DNA from: Gaiellaceae bacterium
GTDB taxonomy: Bacteria > Actinomycetota > Thermoleophilia > Gaiellales > Gaiellaceae
Assembly (NCBI GenBank): GCA_036506175.1
Contig: DASXSE010000135.1
Span: 1-45,609, forward strand
Direction: 5' to 3'
DNA: 45,609 nt
Within the stretch, counting starts at the first letter, position 1; each line of letters starts with the position of its first letter. Positions 1-8,164 of this stretch are shown in pieces. The translations under genes were made by a program, and so were the position numbers. The notes under the pieces were generated by a model. That model worked only from the letters and a program-made list of their open reading frames with translations. It made no database searches and was not told where the DNA came from.

Positions 1-32
1 CGAGGTTGCGGTCGGCCACTGCGGCGGAAGGC

Positions 33-38
33 TAGACT
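33..38 (+). promoter_or_regulatory. candidate -10 hexamer (TAGACT) upstream of tRNA-Phe
   Basis: TAGACT ends 11 nt before the mature tRNA 5' end. No convincing -35 in the 32 nt available at the window edge. Confidence 0.25.
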
Positions 39-49
39 GTGCCGGCGGC

Positions 50-122
50 GGCGAGGTAGCTCAGTTGGTAGAGCACACGGCTGAAAACCGTGGTGTCGCC
101 GGTTCGATTCCGGCCCTCGCCA
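50..122 (+). tRNA. tRNA-Phe (anticodon GAA)
   Basis: 73-nt cloverleaf folded by hand. Acceptor GGCGAGG/CCTCGCC, D-arm GCTC-AGTTGGTA-GAGC, anticodon stem CACGG/CCGTG with loop CTGAAAA (GAA at 83-85), T-arm GCCGG-TTCGATT-CCGGC, discriminator A122. 3' CCA is not encoded (followed by CTT). Confidence 0.95.
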
Positions 123-135
123 CTTGCCGTGGGTG

Positions 136-179
136 AAAAAAACGACGTCCGGGCCGGTGCTACCGCGCCGCGGACGTCG
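136..179 (-). terminator. rho-independent terminator ending the long minus-strand array
   Basis: Read on the minus strand: a perfect 9-bp stem (179-171 CGACGTCCG pairs with 151-143) followed directly by T7 (A-run 136-142 on the plus strand). It starts 15 nt after the TAG of CDS 194..775. Confidence 0.75.
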
Positions 180-193
180 CTTGGATCGGGATC

Positions 194-775
194 CTAACCC
201 CGCTCTTTGCGGACGGCAAGGAGCGCGGTCCCCATGCCCGCGGAGAGCTCGACGAAGTCCCCAAAGCCGAGCGGCCCGAGCCTCTCGCGCAGTGTCTCCG
301 GAGGCACGTAGATCGGCGTGTCAGCCCCTCGTGAGGACGCAAACACGGCCATTCCGCCCGGCGCGGTGACCCGCGCGAGCTCCTCGAAGAACGGGATCAT
401 GTTTTGGAGGACGACGAGGTCGAACGCGCCGTCCTCGTAGGGCAGCGCGGAGCCGTCCGCGACCTCGAACCGCACACGGCCGGCCAGCTCCGGAGGCAGC
501 AAGCGCTTTGCCTGTTCGATCATCGCCGGCGCGAGATCGACACCCACCACCTCGGTCTCCGGGAAGAAGCGGGCAATAACGCGCGCCGCCTTCCCAGTCC
601 CCGTACCGAGGTCGAGGGCCCGCCGGGGCGACACCGAGAGGCGCTCGAGCGAGGCGCCGAGTGGAACGAGCCCCTCCGGCCCCATGCGGTCTTCCCAGTC
701 CGGCGCCATCCGGTTGAACTGGCCGCGCAGCGGGAGGCGAAAGATTCGCCAGAGGCGCGGCCGGGCCACGACCAT
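194..775 (-). CDS. class I SAM-dependent methyltransferase (Methyltransf_11/25-like)
   Basis: 193-aa ORF with ATG start. SAM-binding motif I DLGTGTGKAA, post-I acidic VGVDLAP, and FDLVVLQN. Substrate unknown. Confidence 0.75.
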   Translation of the reverse strand: MVVARPRLWRIFRLPLRGQFNRMAPDWEDRMGPEGLVPLGASLERLSVSPRRALDLGTGTGKAARVIARFFPETEVVGVDLAPAMIEQAKRLLPPELAGRVRFEVADGSALPYEDGAFDLVVLQNMIPFFEELARVTAPGGMAVFASSRGADTPIYVPPETLRERLGPLGFGDFVELSAGMGTALLAVRKERG

Positions 776-825
776 GCGCGTCGCCAGGCGCGCGAACTTG
801 CGCCCGGCCTCGTCGATCCTTTCGC

Positions 826-1635
826 TCAGATCGGGGACAGTCGCACCTCCTGCCCTACCCGTGCGGCGAACAACTGCGCGGCATTGCCCCGGTTGATGGC
901 GAGCGCGATGCTCCCGTACGCGTTCTCGTAGAGAACGATGTCGCCGGGATGGACGTCGGCAAACGTGCGCGCCGAGACGGCGAAGTAGCGCTCGAAGCGC
1001 ACCTCCAGCTCGACCCGCGTCCCGGGGACGATCCCGATCCGCTCGAGGTGCTCGCTCGTCAGGTTGAGCTGCATGTTGCCGAACCGGTCCACGTAGACGA
1101 CCGTCGCCTGGACGCGGGACCGGCCGAGCTGCGGCTCGGGCACATCCAACCGCTCCAGCTCATCGGGGTCGAGTCCCGGCCCGAGCTCCTGGAGCTCGAC
1201 TCCGAGGGCGAGATGAGCGGCCGCCGGAGAAAAAACGTCCCGTCCGTGGAAGGTGCGCGAAACAGGTGAGAGCATGTACTTCTCGTTGGTGATCGCCACA
1301 GCCTCCGCGACACCGCCAAGGCGCTCCGCTGCAACGAGCAGGAGGCCGTTGTCCGGGCCGACGTAGAGCCGTCCGTCCGCGCCGCGAAGGGCAAGCGACT
1401 TGCGCTCTCCGCCGACCCCGGGGTCGACGACCGCGACGTGCACCCCGACCGGCATGTGCGGGACAGCATTCGCCAACACGAGGGCACCCTGGAGAACGTG
1501 CTGCGGGGGAATGCCGTGCGTGATGTCGATGACTTCGACGTCGGGCGCGATCCGCTTGATGACACCACGGCAAATGCCTGCGAACGCATCCTCGAGGCCG
1601 AAGTCGGTCAGGAGGGTGATGAACCGGCTCGCGAT
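826..1635 (-). CDS. SAM hydroxide adenosyltransferase / SAM hydrolase family protein (DUF62)
   Basis: Track ORF 826..1479 has VDPGVG and GPDNG motifs. In-frame upstream codons encode IASRFITLLTDFGLEDAFAGICRGVIKRIAPDVEVIDITHGIPPQ (family N-terminus), bounded by TAA 1647-1645. That stretch has no ATG/GTG/TTG, so the start is set provisionally at ATC 1635-1633. Confidence 0.7.
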   Translation of the reverse strand: MASRFITLLTDFGLEDAFAGICRGVIKRIAPDVEVIDITHGIPPQHVLQGALVLANAVPHMPVGVHVAVVDPGVGGERKSLALRGADGRLYVGPDNGLLLVAAERLGGVAEAVAITNEKYMLSPVSRTFHGRDVFSPAAAHLALGVELQELGPGLDPDELERLDVPEPQLGRSRVQATVVYVDRFGNMQLNLTSEHLERIGIVPGTRVELEVRFERYFAVSARTFADVHPGDIVLYENAYGSIALAINRGNAAQLFAARVGQEVRLSPI

Positions 1636-2258
1636 GCGGCGAGCTTAACCGCTTGCGTGACTCCTTCGAGATCGTGGGCTTCCGCCTCGGCCACAACTGT
1701 GAGTCCGAGTCCCTCCGCCTCAGCCGTCGTTACCGGGCCGATGGAGACGCACGGCGTTCCCGAGCCCGTGCGAGCGAAGGCGCGGGCCGCCGAGGCGGAG
1801 GCCAGCACGACGAGATCGGCGCCCGGGAAGGATTCAGGCTCGAGCTCGACAGTTCGGTAGAGCGGAACGAAGTCGGCGTCGAGCTCTTCCACGAGCAGCT
1901 GGCGAGCATCCGCAGCTGCAGGAAGGAGCACGCGCCCGACAGGGCGGGGAAGCTCCTCGAGAAGTCCTTCCTGCGTCGAACGCCGTGCGACGAGATCCGG
2001 CTCCACTCCGTGCGCGCCGAGCGCTGCCGCAGTTCCGGGGCCGATGGCAGCCACTCGCGGCAGAGGGCCCTCAAGACGACGGAAGAGCTCCTCCACTGCG
2101 TTTCTGCTCGTCAGGACGACCCAGTCGTAGTCCGCTACCCGCAAGGGTGGGCCGTCGATCGGGTCGATACGGATGAGCGGGCATTCGACGACGTCGAGGC
2201 CTTCGGCGCGCAACCGCGCAGCGAGGCGAGGATCCGTACTCGTGACAGCGATTTTCAC
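1608..2258 (-). CDS. hemD: uroporphyrinogen-III synthase
   Basis: 216 aa from GTG 2258 (VKIAVTSTD...), overlapping the hemC stop as GTGA. HEM4-like two-lobe pattern (VVLTSRNAV, VVLASASAA). Context hemA-hemC-hemD. The upstream part of track ORF 1608..2420 overlaps hemC and is rejected. Confidence 0.75.
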   Translation of the reverse strand: MKIAVTSTDPRLAARLRAEGLDVVECPLIRIDPIDGPPLRVADYDWVVLTSRNAVEELFRRLEGPLPRVAAIGPGTAAALGAHGVEPDLVARRSTQEGLLEELPRPVGRVLLPAAADARQLLVEELDADFVPLYRTVELEPESFPGADLVVLASASAARAFARTGSGTPCVSIGPVTTAEAEGLGLTVVAEAEAHDLEGVTQAVKLAASRAGSSPS

Positions 2259-3085
2259 GTGACGAAGGCCAGCAGCTCGTCGGCGAGGGCCTCTGGATCC
2301 TTGCCGCGTCGCCGCTCGATCCAGCTTCCGTCCTCGGCGGCGATCAGAGCGGTGAGCGCCTCGCCGTCGTGATGCGCCGCGACCGGAGCGAGACAGCCGG
2401 CGCCGATGCGCGCGACGCATGCCCGCTCGGCCACGACCCGCCGGCGAGTCTCGGTGTGATCCGCCGCGGCCACGAGCTCCTCCTCGCCGACGCGTACCTG
2501 GAGAGCGACCGCTCCCTGGCCCGCTTCCGGCACCAGCTCGTCCGGGTCGAACCGGTGCCCGATCTCCCGCTCTAGGCCAAGGCGATCGAGCCCTGCCGCC
2601 GCGAGCACGACCGCGTCCAGCCCGCGCTCTCCCCGCTTGCGCAAGCGCGTGTCCACGTTGCCCCGCAAAGACTCGATGGACAGCTTCGGCTCGAGTGCCA
2701 GCAGCTGCGCGCGCCGGCGCACCGAGGCTGTGCCGATGCGCATGCCAGGCCGGAGCGAGTCGGCTCCGCAGAGAGCATCCCGCGGATCGTCGCGCTCCAG
2801 AAACGCTCCGACAGCGAGCCCATCCGTGTCCGTTGAGGTCATGTCCTTGGCCGAGTGCACGGCAACGTCGATCCGCCCTGCAAGCAGCGCTTCCTCGATC
2901 TCTTTCACGAAGACCCCTCGAGCGCCGATCTCGCCGAAGGGCTTCGAGCGGTCCCGGTCGCCGGTCGTCGTGATCGGGACGAGCGCCACGTCCAATGCGG
3001 CGTTCGCTCGCCGCAACGCTTCCGCGGCCAGCTCGGCCTGGGTGAGCGCGAGCCTACTTCCGCGGCTGCCGAGACGAACGATCAT
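2255..3085 (-). CDS. hemC: hydroxymethylbilane synthase (porphobilinogen deaminase)
   Basis: Start chosen at ATG 3085 (MIVRLGSRGSRLALTQ, the family N-terminus). Also DVAVHSAKD, GNVDTRL and the cofactor-Cys region IGAGCLAPVA. Confidence 0.9.
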   Translation of the reverse strand: MIVRLGSRGSRLALTQAELAAEALRRANAALDVALVPITTTGDRDRSKPFGEIGARGVFVKEIEEALLAGRIDVAVHSAKDMTSTDTDGLAVGAFLERDDPRDALCGADSLRPGMRIGTASVRRRAQLLALEPKLSIESLRGNVDTRLRKRGERGLDAVVLAAAGLDRLGLEREIGHRFDPDELVPEAGQGAVALQVRVGEEELVAAADHTETRRRVVAERACVARIGAGCLAPVAAHHDGEALTALIAAEDGSWIERRRGKDPEALADELLAFVT

Positions 3086-4337
3086 CGTCCTCGAGCGCAA
3101 ACAAGTGGCGGATCGCGTCGGCATAGGCCACTCCATCCGCCTCCGCGGCCGCCTCCTTCATGCGGACGGTCGGTAGATGGAGAAGCTTGTTCACGATCTG
3201 GGCGGTGAGGGACTCCACCGCACGCCGCTGGCCAGGGGAGAGCGAGCCTAGTCGGCTTTCCGCGCGTTCGAGCTCCGCAAGACGGATCGACTCCGCATGC
3301 GCACGTAGTGATGCGATCGCCGGCACGACGTCAAGCGACCGCCACCACTCGACGAACCGCTCAGCTTCCTCCGCAACGATCTCCTCAGCCCGGACTGCCT
3401 CTTCCCGCCGGCTCGCAACGCTCGCGTCGACAACGGACTGGAGATCGTCGATGTCGTAGAGATGACATCCATCGAGCTCGCCGATGGCGGGATCGAGATC
3501 TCGCGGCACGGCGATGTCGACGAACGAGAGGGGTCGTCCGTTGCGCCGCGCAAGCGCCTCCTCGACCGCGTCCGCTCCAACGACCTGCCCTTCCGAGCTC
3601 GTCGACGCGACTACGACGTCGGCACGCTCGAGCTCGGCCTGAAGCGCCTCCAGGCCGACGGCACGGCCTCCGAAACGCCGCGCCAAACGGGCCGCGCTCT
3701 CCGGCGAGCGGTTGGCGACGACGATGCTCTCGGCTCCGCGCGCCACGAGATTGACGGCCGCGAGATCCGCCATCTTTCCCGCCCCGATTACGAGAACCTG
3801 CCGGCCTCGCAAGTCCCCGAGCAGGCGCTCGGCCAGCTCGGCGGCGGCGGAGGAAATCGACACGGGATTCTCTGCGATCGCCGTTTCGGTGCGAACGCGA
3901 CGGCCTACGCGGAGGGCTTGACCGAACAAACGATGGAGAGTCGGGCCAACTGCCTCGGCCGAGCAGGCCGCCTCGTAAGCGGCTCGCACCTGGCCGAGGA
4001 TCTGCGCCTCGCCCGGAATGAGGGAATCGAGGCCTGCCGCGACCCGAAACAGATGGACGGCAGCGGCTTCGTCTTCGACCGCGTACGTGGATCGGCGCAG
4101 CTCCGCTGCATCCAGCCCGGCCCGCACGGCCAGCGCGGCGAGCGCACGCCCGTCGGCGCCGCTCTCCTCCTCGACGAGGTAGACCTCCGTCCTGTTGCAA
4201 GTCGACAGCGCGACAGCCTCGCCAGTGTCCGCCACGGCGGCCGCGAGTGCACCCGCCTCAGCGTCCTTCAGATGCAACCGCTCCCGCAGCTCGACGGGCG
4301 CGCTCTTGTGCGACGTGCCGACGAGGACAAGCCGCAT
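3054..4337 (-). CDS. hemA: glutamyl-tRNA reductase
   Basis: Start at ATG 4337 (MRLVLVGTSHKSAPVELRE). Catalytic-Cys motif STCNRTEVY and NADPH loop VIGAGKMA. The A of the ATG is the last base of the preceding TGA (TGATG). The 3' end overlaps hemC by 32 nt. Confidence 0.9.
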   Translation of the reverse strand: MRLVLVGTSHKSAPVELRERLHLKDAEAGALAAAVADTGEAVALSTCNRTEVYLVEEESGADGRALAALAVRAGLDAAELRRSTYAVEDEAAAVHLFRVAAGLDSLIPGEAQILGQVRAAYEAACSAEAVGPTLHRLFGQALRVGRRVRTETAIAENPVSISSAAAELAERLLGDLRGRQVLVIGAGKMADLAAVNLVARGAESIVVANRSPESAARLARRFGGRAVGLEALQAELERADVVVASTSSEGQVVGADAVEEALARRNGRPLSFVDIAVPRDLDPAIGELDGCHLYDIDDLQSVVDASVASRREEAVRAEEIVAEEAERFVEWWRSLDVVPAIASLRAHAESIRLAELERAESRLGSLSPGQRRAVESLTAQIVNKLLHLPTVRMKEAAAEADGVAYADAIRHLFALEDDDRSSRQPRK

Positions 4338-4489
4338 CAGGCCGCCCGCCTCCGCTGAGCCAGCTCGGCCAGTTCGCCCACCTCTCGCTCCAACCGGGAC
4401 AGCTTGAACGCGTAGAGAACGACGTAGAGCAGAACGACGCCGAGGACCACGAGGTACGCCGCGGTCGCGTACTTCTCGGCGGAGCTCAT
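4337..4489 (-). CDS. CcmD-like small membrane protein (heme exporter protein D candidate)
   Basis: 50 aa: MSSAEKYATAAYLVVLGVVLLYVVLYAFKLSRLEREVGELAELAQRRRAA. One TM helix plus a charged tail, located directly after ccmC with an ATGA overlap. Assignment rests on size, topology and position only. Confidence 0.55.
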   Translation of the reverse strand: MSSAEKYATAAYLVVLGVVLLYVVLYAFKLSRLEREVGELAELAQRRRAA

Positions 4490-5178
4490 TGGAGCGCCTC
4501 CCGCAGCTCGCGGAGCCGCGCGTCGACACGCTTGCCGGTGAGCTCGTTGCGGTACAGCGTCCCGGCGAGCGCCAGCATCCCGGCCAGACAGACGAAGAAG
4601 GTCGTGAACTGGCTCGCGGTCAGATTGTTCTCGACATCGTGCGTGAAAACGACGGGGTGGACGAGGTCGTTCGCAAGCCGGATGGCGAGGAAGCTGACCG
4701 GGATGAGCGCGACCCCGAAGAGCGCGTACACCGCCGACAAGTTCGCGCGGCGCGGTCCGGCGTCCACGGAATAGCGGAGCATGAAGTACGCGGCGTAGAA
4801 GAGAAAGAGGACGAGAAAAAGAACGAGCTGACGGGATCCCCACACCCACCAGTGGCCCCAGGACGTTCGCGCCCAGATCGAGCCGGTCACGAGCGTCAGG
4901 ATCCCGAAGATGACGCCCATGTGCACGGCGGTGTAGCTCTCCAGGTCATAGCGTTGGTCGCGCGTCCAGAGAAGCCTGAGCGCCTTCCACGCGGCCCACC
5001 CGAAACAGGCGTACGAGGTCAGGGCGATCGGAACGTGGTAGTAGAAGATGCGTTGCCGGAATCCCTCGAGCGGCGCGTTGGGGACCCAGTAGAACGCCAG
5101 AGCGGTCCCGACGAGCAGCAGAATCGCCGCTGAGCCGGCCAGAAGAACAGCCTGGTTATTCCGTAACGACGTATTCAA
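4486..5178 (-). CDS. ccmC: heme exporter protein CcmC (cytochrome c-type biogenesis)
   Basis: Polytopic protein with Trp-rich motif WGHWWVWGSRQL and candidate heme-ligand His in YYHVPIAL and LVHPVVF. Start set at TTG 5178, the first start after the ccmB frame, giving a 23-nt overlap. The longer track ORF to 5778 runs through ccmB and is rejected. Confidence 0.8.
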   Translation of the reverse strand: MNTSLRNNQAVLLAGSAAILLLVGTALAFYWVPNAPLEGFRQRIFYYHVPIALTSYACFGWAAWKALRLLWTRDQRYDLESYTAVHMGVIFGILTLVTGSIWARTSWGHWWVWGSRQLVLFLVLFLFYAAYFMLRYSVDAGPRRANLSAVYALFGVALIPVSFLAIRLANDLVHPVVFTHDVENNLTASQFTTFFVCLAGMLALAGTLYRNELTGKRVDARLRELREALQ

Positions 5179-5794
5179 AGCTCGCCCAGGACAGAATCGC
5201 AAAAACCGCGTCGTAGAGAGCCAGGAAGGCGAGGTAGCGTCCCGGCTGGGCGGCAACCGAGGCGCCGACGCCTCCGACGACGACGGGGATGACCAGCGGC
5301 AGGAAGAGGAGCGGCAGCAGGAGCTCGCGGGCTCGACTCGCCGCTGCCATCGCCGCGAGGAGAGTCCCCACAGCCGCGAGGCCGATGTCGGCCAGCGCAA
5401 CCGCGACGATGAGCTCCCAGCCCACCGGGCCGAAGAAGAGCGCGAAGGCGGGGAGCGCCACGAGCTCGGCGAGGGCGAGAAACGCCACCACGCCGATCCC
5501 CTTGCCGAGCCAGATCGCACTGCGGTCGCAAGGAGCGAGCACGAGACCGTCCAGCACGCGCTGCTCGCGCTCTGCGACGAATGCGCGGACGAGTCCGAGC
5601 AGCGCCGTGAAGAGGAGCGCGACCCAGAGCAGACCGGTCTCGGCAGTCTCGGACGTCTCGGCGGGAAGCGCGAAGTGAAAGACGACGAGCGTCGAGAGGA
5701 CGAACAGCACCATCGCCGGCAGCGTGTCGCGCGAGCGCAGCTCGAGAAGCAGATCCTTGCGCGCGAGCGCGGCGACATCCCCGAAATACCTCAT
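5156..5794 (-). CDS. ccmB: heme exporter protein CcmB (ABC permease)
   Basis: 212-aa six-TM-type protein, N-terminus MRYFGDVAALARKDLLLELRSRD typical of CcmB. ATGA overlap with the ccmA stop. Confidence 0.8.
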   Translation of the reverse strand: MRYFGDVAALARKDLLLELRSRDTLPAMVLFVLSTLVVFHFALPAETSETAETGLLWVALLFTALLGLVRAFVAEREQRVLDGLVLAPCDRSAIWLGKGIGVVAFLALAELVALPAFALFFGPVGWELIVAVALADIGLAAVGTLLAAMAAASRARELLLPLLFLPLVIPVVVGGVGASVAAQPGRYLAFLALYDAVFAILSWASFEYVVTE

Positions 5795-6381
5795 GCCAGC
5801 GCCAGCGCCGAGGTCGCAAGCTCGCTCACGCGCTCGGGCTCGTGGGTGGCGACAACGAGGGTCCGCTCACGCGCAAGCATCTGCAGCTCGTCGTCGAGAA
5901 GCTGCGTCCCTGCGTCGTCGAGCCCGGCGTACGGCTCGTCCAGGAGGAGCAAGCGCGGCTCGTGGAGGAGGGCACGGCAGAGCGCAAGCCGCTGCGCCAT
6001 TCCGCGCGAGAACGATCCGGCCCGCTCGTGGCGCGCCTCCCAGAGCCCGAAGCGCTCGAGCACCATCCCGATGCGCTCGCGCCGCTCGGGAATACGGTAG
6101 AGCCGTCCGTAGAGGTCGAGGTTCTCGAGCGCCGTCAGCTCGCGGTAGACGAGCGGCTCGTGCGCCAGGTAACCGATCTCCGCACGCTCGGCCTCGACGG
6201 TGAGCTCACCGGAGGTCGGCGCGAGAAGGCCGGCACAGAGTGAGAGAAGCGTCGACTTGCCGGCTCCGTTCGGCCCCGTGACAACGAGGAAGCCACCGTG
6301 TGCGAGATCGAAGTCGAGCCCGCGCAGGACCCTCTTCGCGCCGAAGTCGCGGCCCAGCCCGCGCGCGCGAATCACAGTCAC
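5791..6381 (-). CDS. ccmA: heme export ABC transporter ATPase CcmA
   Basis: Walker A GPNGAGKST, signature-like FSRGMAQRLAL, Walker B LLLLDEP. GTG start overlapping the upstream stop (GTGA). Confidence 0.85.
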   Translation of the reverse strand: MTVIRARGLGRDFGAKRVLRGLDFDLAHGGFLVVTGPNGAGKSTLLSLCAGLLAPTSGELTVEAERAEIGYLAHEPLVYRELTALENLDLYGRLYRIPERRERIGMVLERFGLWEARHERAGSFSRGMAQRLALCRALLHEPRLLLLDEPYAGLDDAGTQLLDDELQMLARERTLVVATHEPERVSELATSALALA

Positions 6382-7241
6382 AAAAGCACGTCCACCAGGA
6401 CGAAGGCGCAGAACGTCACGCTGATGACTCCGTTCATGGTGAAGAACGCCATGTCCAAGCGGCTTCGGTCGCGGGGCGAGACGAGCGAGTGCTCATAGAC
6501 GAGCAGGACGGCGACCGCCGCAACTCCGAGCCAGTAGAAGACTCCGACCGGAAGTCCAGCGCCTGCAAGAGCGAGAAGGGCGACCGTTCCTGCATGGCAG
6601 AGGCGGGCTCCGAGGAACGCAGCCTCGACGCCAAAACGGGCGGGCAGCGAATGAAGTCCCTGCTCCCGGTCGACGTCGAGGTCGAAAAGTGCGTACAGGA
6701 GGTCGAATCCCGCCACCCACAGGGCCACGGCGCCGCCGAGTGCCCACGCCTCCCACGGGAGCTCGTTCGTGATCGCGACCCATGCACCCAGCGGCGCGAG
6801 ACCGTCCACCGCCCCGAGCCAGAAGTGGGAGAGCCAACTCCAGCGCTTCAGGTACGGATAGACGACAAACGCAGCCACCGGGATCGGCCACAGCCAGCGG
6901 ACGAGCGGTGCCAGCTGGAAAACCGCGACGAGGAAGACGGTGAGTGACGCGGCCGCAAAGACGAGGACCTGCCAGGGCTCGAGGGCGCCGCGCGGCAGCT
7001 CCCTCGCAGCCGTGCGTGGGTTGCGCGCGTCGATGCCGGCGTCGATGAGGCGGTTCAGCGCCATCGCGAGGCTGCGGGCGCCGACCATCGCCACGGTGAT
7101 CCAGAGGAGGTCGTGCGCGCTGGGAATCCCGTCCACGGCGAGAAGGGCGCCGATGTACGCGAACGGGAGCGCGAAGATCGTGTGCTCGAACTTGACGAGC
7201 GAGGCGAACAGCCGCGGGTAGCGGATGAGCACCTCGGTCAT
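6378..7241 (-). CDS. UbiA-family aromatic prenyltransferase (UbiA_other/MqnP-like)
   Basis: Start ATG 7241 (MTEVLIRYPRLFASLVKFEHTIFALPFAY). First Asp-rich motif NRLIDAGIDARNPRTAARELP, second YALFDLDVDREQGLHS. About 8 TM segments. Substrate is not assignable from sequence. Confidence 0.75.
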   Translation of the reverse strand: MTEVLIRYPRLFASLVKFEHTIFALPFAYIGALLAVDGIPSAHDLLWITVAMVGARSLAMALNRLIDAGIDARNPRTAARELPRGALEPWQVLVFAAASLTVFLVAVFQLAPLVRWLWPIPVAAFVVYPYLKRWSWLSHFWLGAVDGLAPLGAWVAITNELPWEAWALGGAVALWVAGFDLLYALFDLDVDREQGLHSLPARFGVEAAFLGARLCHAGTVALLALAGAGLPVGVFYWLGVAAVAVLLVYEHSLVSPRDRSRLDMAFFTMNGVISVTFCAFVLVDVLL

Positions 7242-7717
7242 GTCTGGGCGTGGGTCGTTGCCTCTCCTGCCAACAGCTCCACCGCATGGGCGAGAGCCGG
7301 CTTCAGCACCGCGTAGCCGTCGCGGCAAGCTCCGGGTGAGCCGGGCAGGTTGACGATCAGCGTCGACCCGACGGTCCCCGCAGACCCGCGTGAGAGGAGC
7401 CCGTGCGGCGTCTTGGCAATCGCGTCGCCTCTGATCGCCTCGGCGATTCCGGGTGCGAGGCGGTCGACAACATCGGCCGTCGCCTCCGGCGTGACGTCGC
7501 GGAGCGCAAGCCCGGTGCCCCCCGTGGTGAGGACGATCCGAGCGTCACGCGCCAGATCGTGCAACGCAGCGGCGATCGTGTCCCGTTCGTCCGGGACGAC
7601 TCGGCGCGCCACCTCGTAACCATCGTCGGCGAGAAGCCCGGCGAGAATGTCACCGCTCGCATCTTCGCGTTCCCCTCGCGCCACGCCGTCCGAGACGGTC
7701 AGAACCGCCGCCTTCAT
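7238..7717 (-). CDS. molybdenum cofactor biosynthesis protein, MogA/MoaB family
   Basis: 159 aa: MKAAVLTVSDG..., TTGGTG loop, NLPGSPGA. ATGA overlaps on both sides. Confidence 0.85.
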   Translation of the reverse strand: MKAAVLTVSDGVARGEREDASGDILAGLLADDGYEVARRVVPDERDTIAAALHDLARDARIVLTTGGTGLALRDVTPEATADVVDRLAPGIAEAIRGDAIAKTPHGLLSRGSAGTVGSTLIVNLPGSPGACRDGYAVLKPALAHAVELLAGEATTHAQT

Positions 7718-8163
7718 CCTTTCGTCTTCTCGAGCAGGCGAATCTCCTCGACGACCATCTCCGGGTCGACACCTTTGGCCATGTCGTAAACGGTCAATGC
7801 TGCGACGGCCGCCGCAACGAGCGCTTCCATCTCCACACCTGTCTGAGCCGTCGTCTCAGCGGCCGCGACGATCTCCACGCCCTCGTCCTGGACCTCGAGG
7901 GTCACGTCGACGTGGGAAAGCGACAACGGATGGCAGAGAGGAATGAGATCGGCGGTCCGCTTCGCGGCCATGATCCCGGCCACCTGCGCCGTCGCAAGGG
8001 CATCCCCCTTCGGGAGCTCGCGCAGGGCGGCGGCCGTCTCCGACCGCATGCGCAAGAAGGCGCGCGCCGCTGCCCGCCGGCGCTCATGGGGCTTTCCGCC
8101 CACGTCGACCATGTGGATCGCACCCGTCTCATCGACGTGGGTTAGTCCCTCGTTTCCAGGCAT
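7714..8163 (-). CDS. moaC: cyclic pyranopterin monophosphate synthase MoaC
   Basis: Start ATG 8163 (MPGNEGLTHVDETGAIHMVDV). Motifs KGDALATAQVAGIMAAKRT, LIPLCHPL, ALTVYDM. The upstream part of the track ORF overlaps otsA and is rejected. Confidence 0.9.
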   Translation of the reverse strand: MPGNEGLTHVDETGAIHMVDVGGKPHERRRAAARAFLRMRSETAAALRELPKGDALATAQVAGIMAAKRTADLIPLCHPLSLSHVDVTLEVQDEGVEIVAAAETTAQTGVEMEALVAAAVAALTVYDMAKGVDPEMVVEEIRLLEKTKG

Positions 8164-8164
8164 T

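Noticed and set aside
136-179. The hairpin as a terminator for tRNA-Phe on the plus strand
   Set aside because: On the plus strand the stem is preceded, not followed, by the homopolymer run (A7) and is followed by CTTGG. The orientation fits termination of the minus-strand array only.
5179-5778. Long N-terminal extension of the ccmC ORF (and similar extensions of hemA to 4529, otsA to 9874, moaC to 8343, jag to 32901, BFN to 28654)
   Set aside because: Each extension overlaps the well-supported upstream gene in another frame and is Arg/Ser/Pro-rich. Family-typical N-termini and start/stop overlap geometry support the shorter starts.
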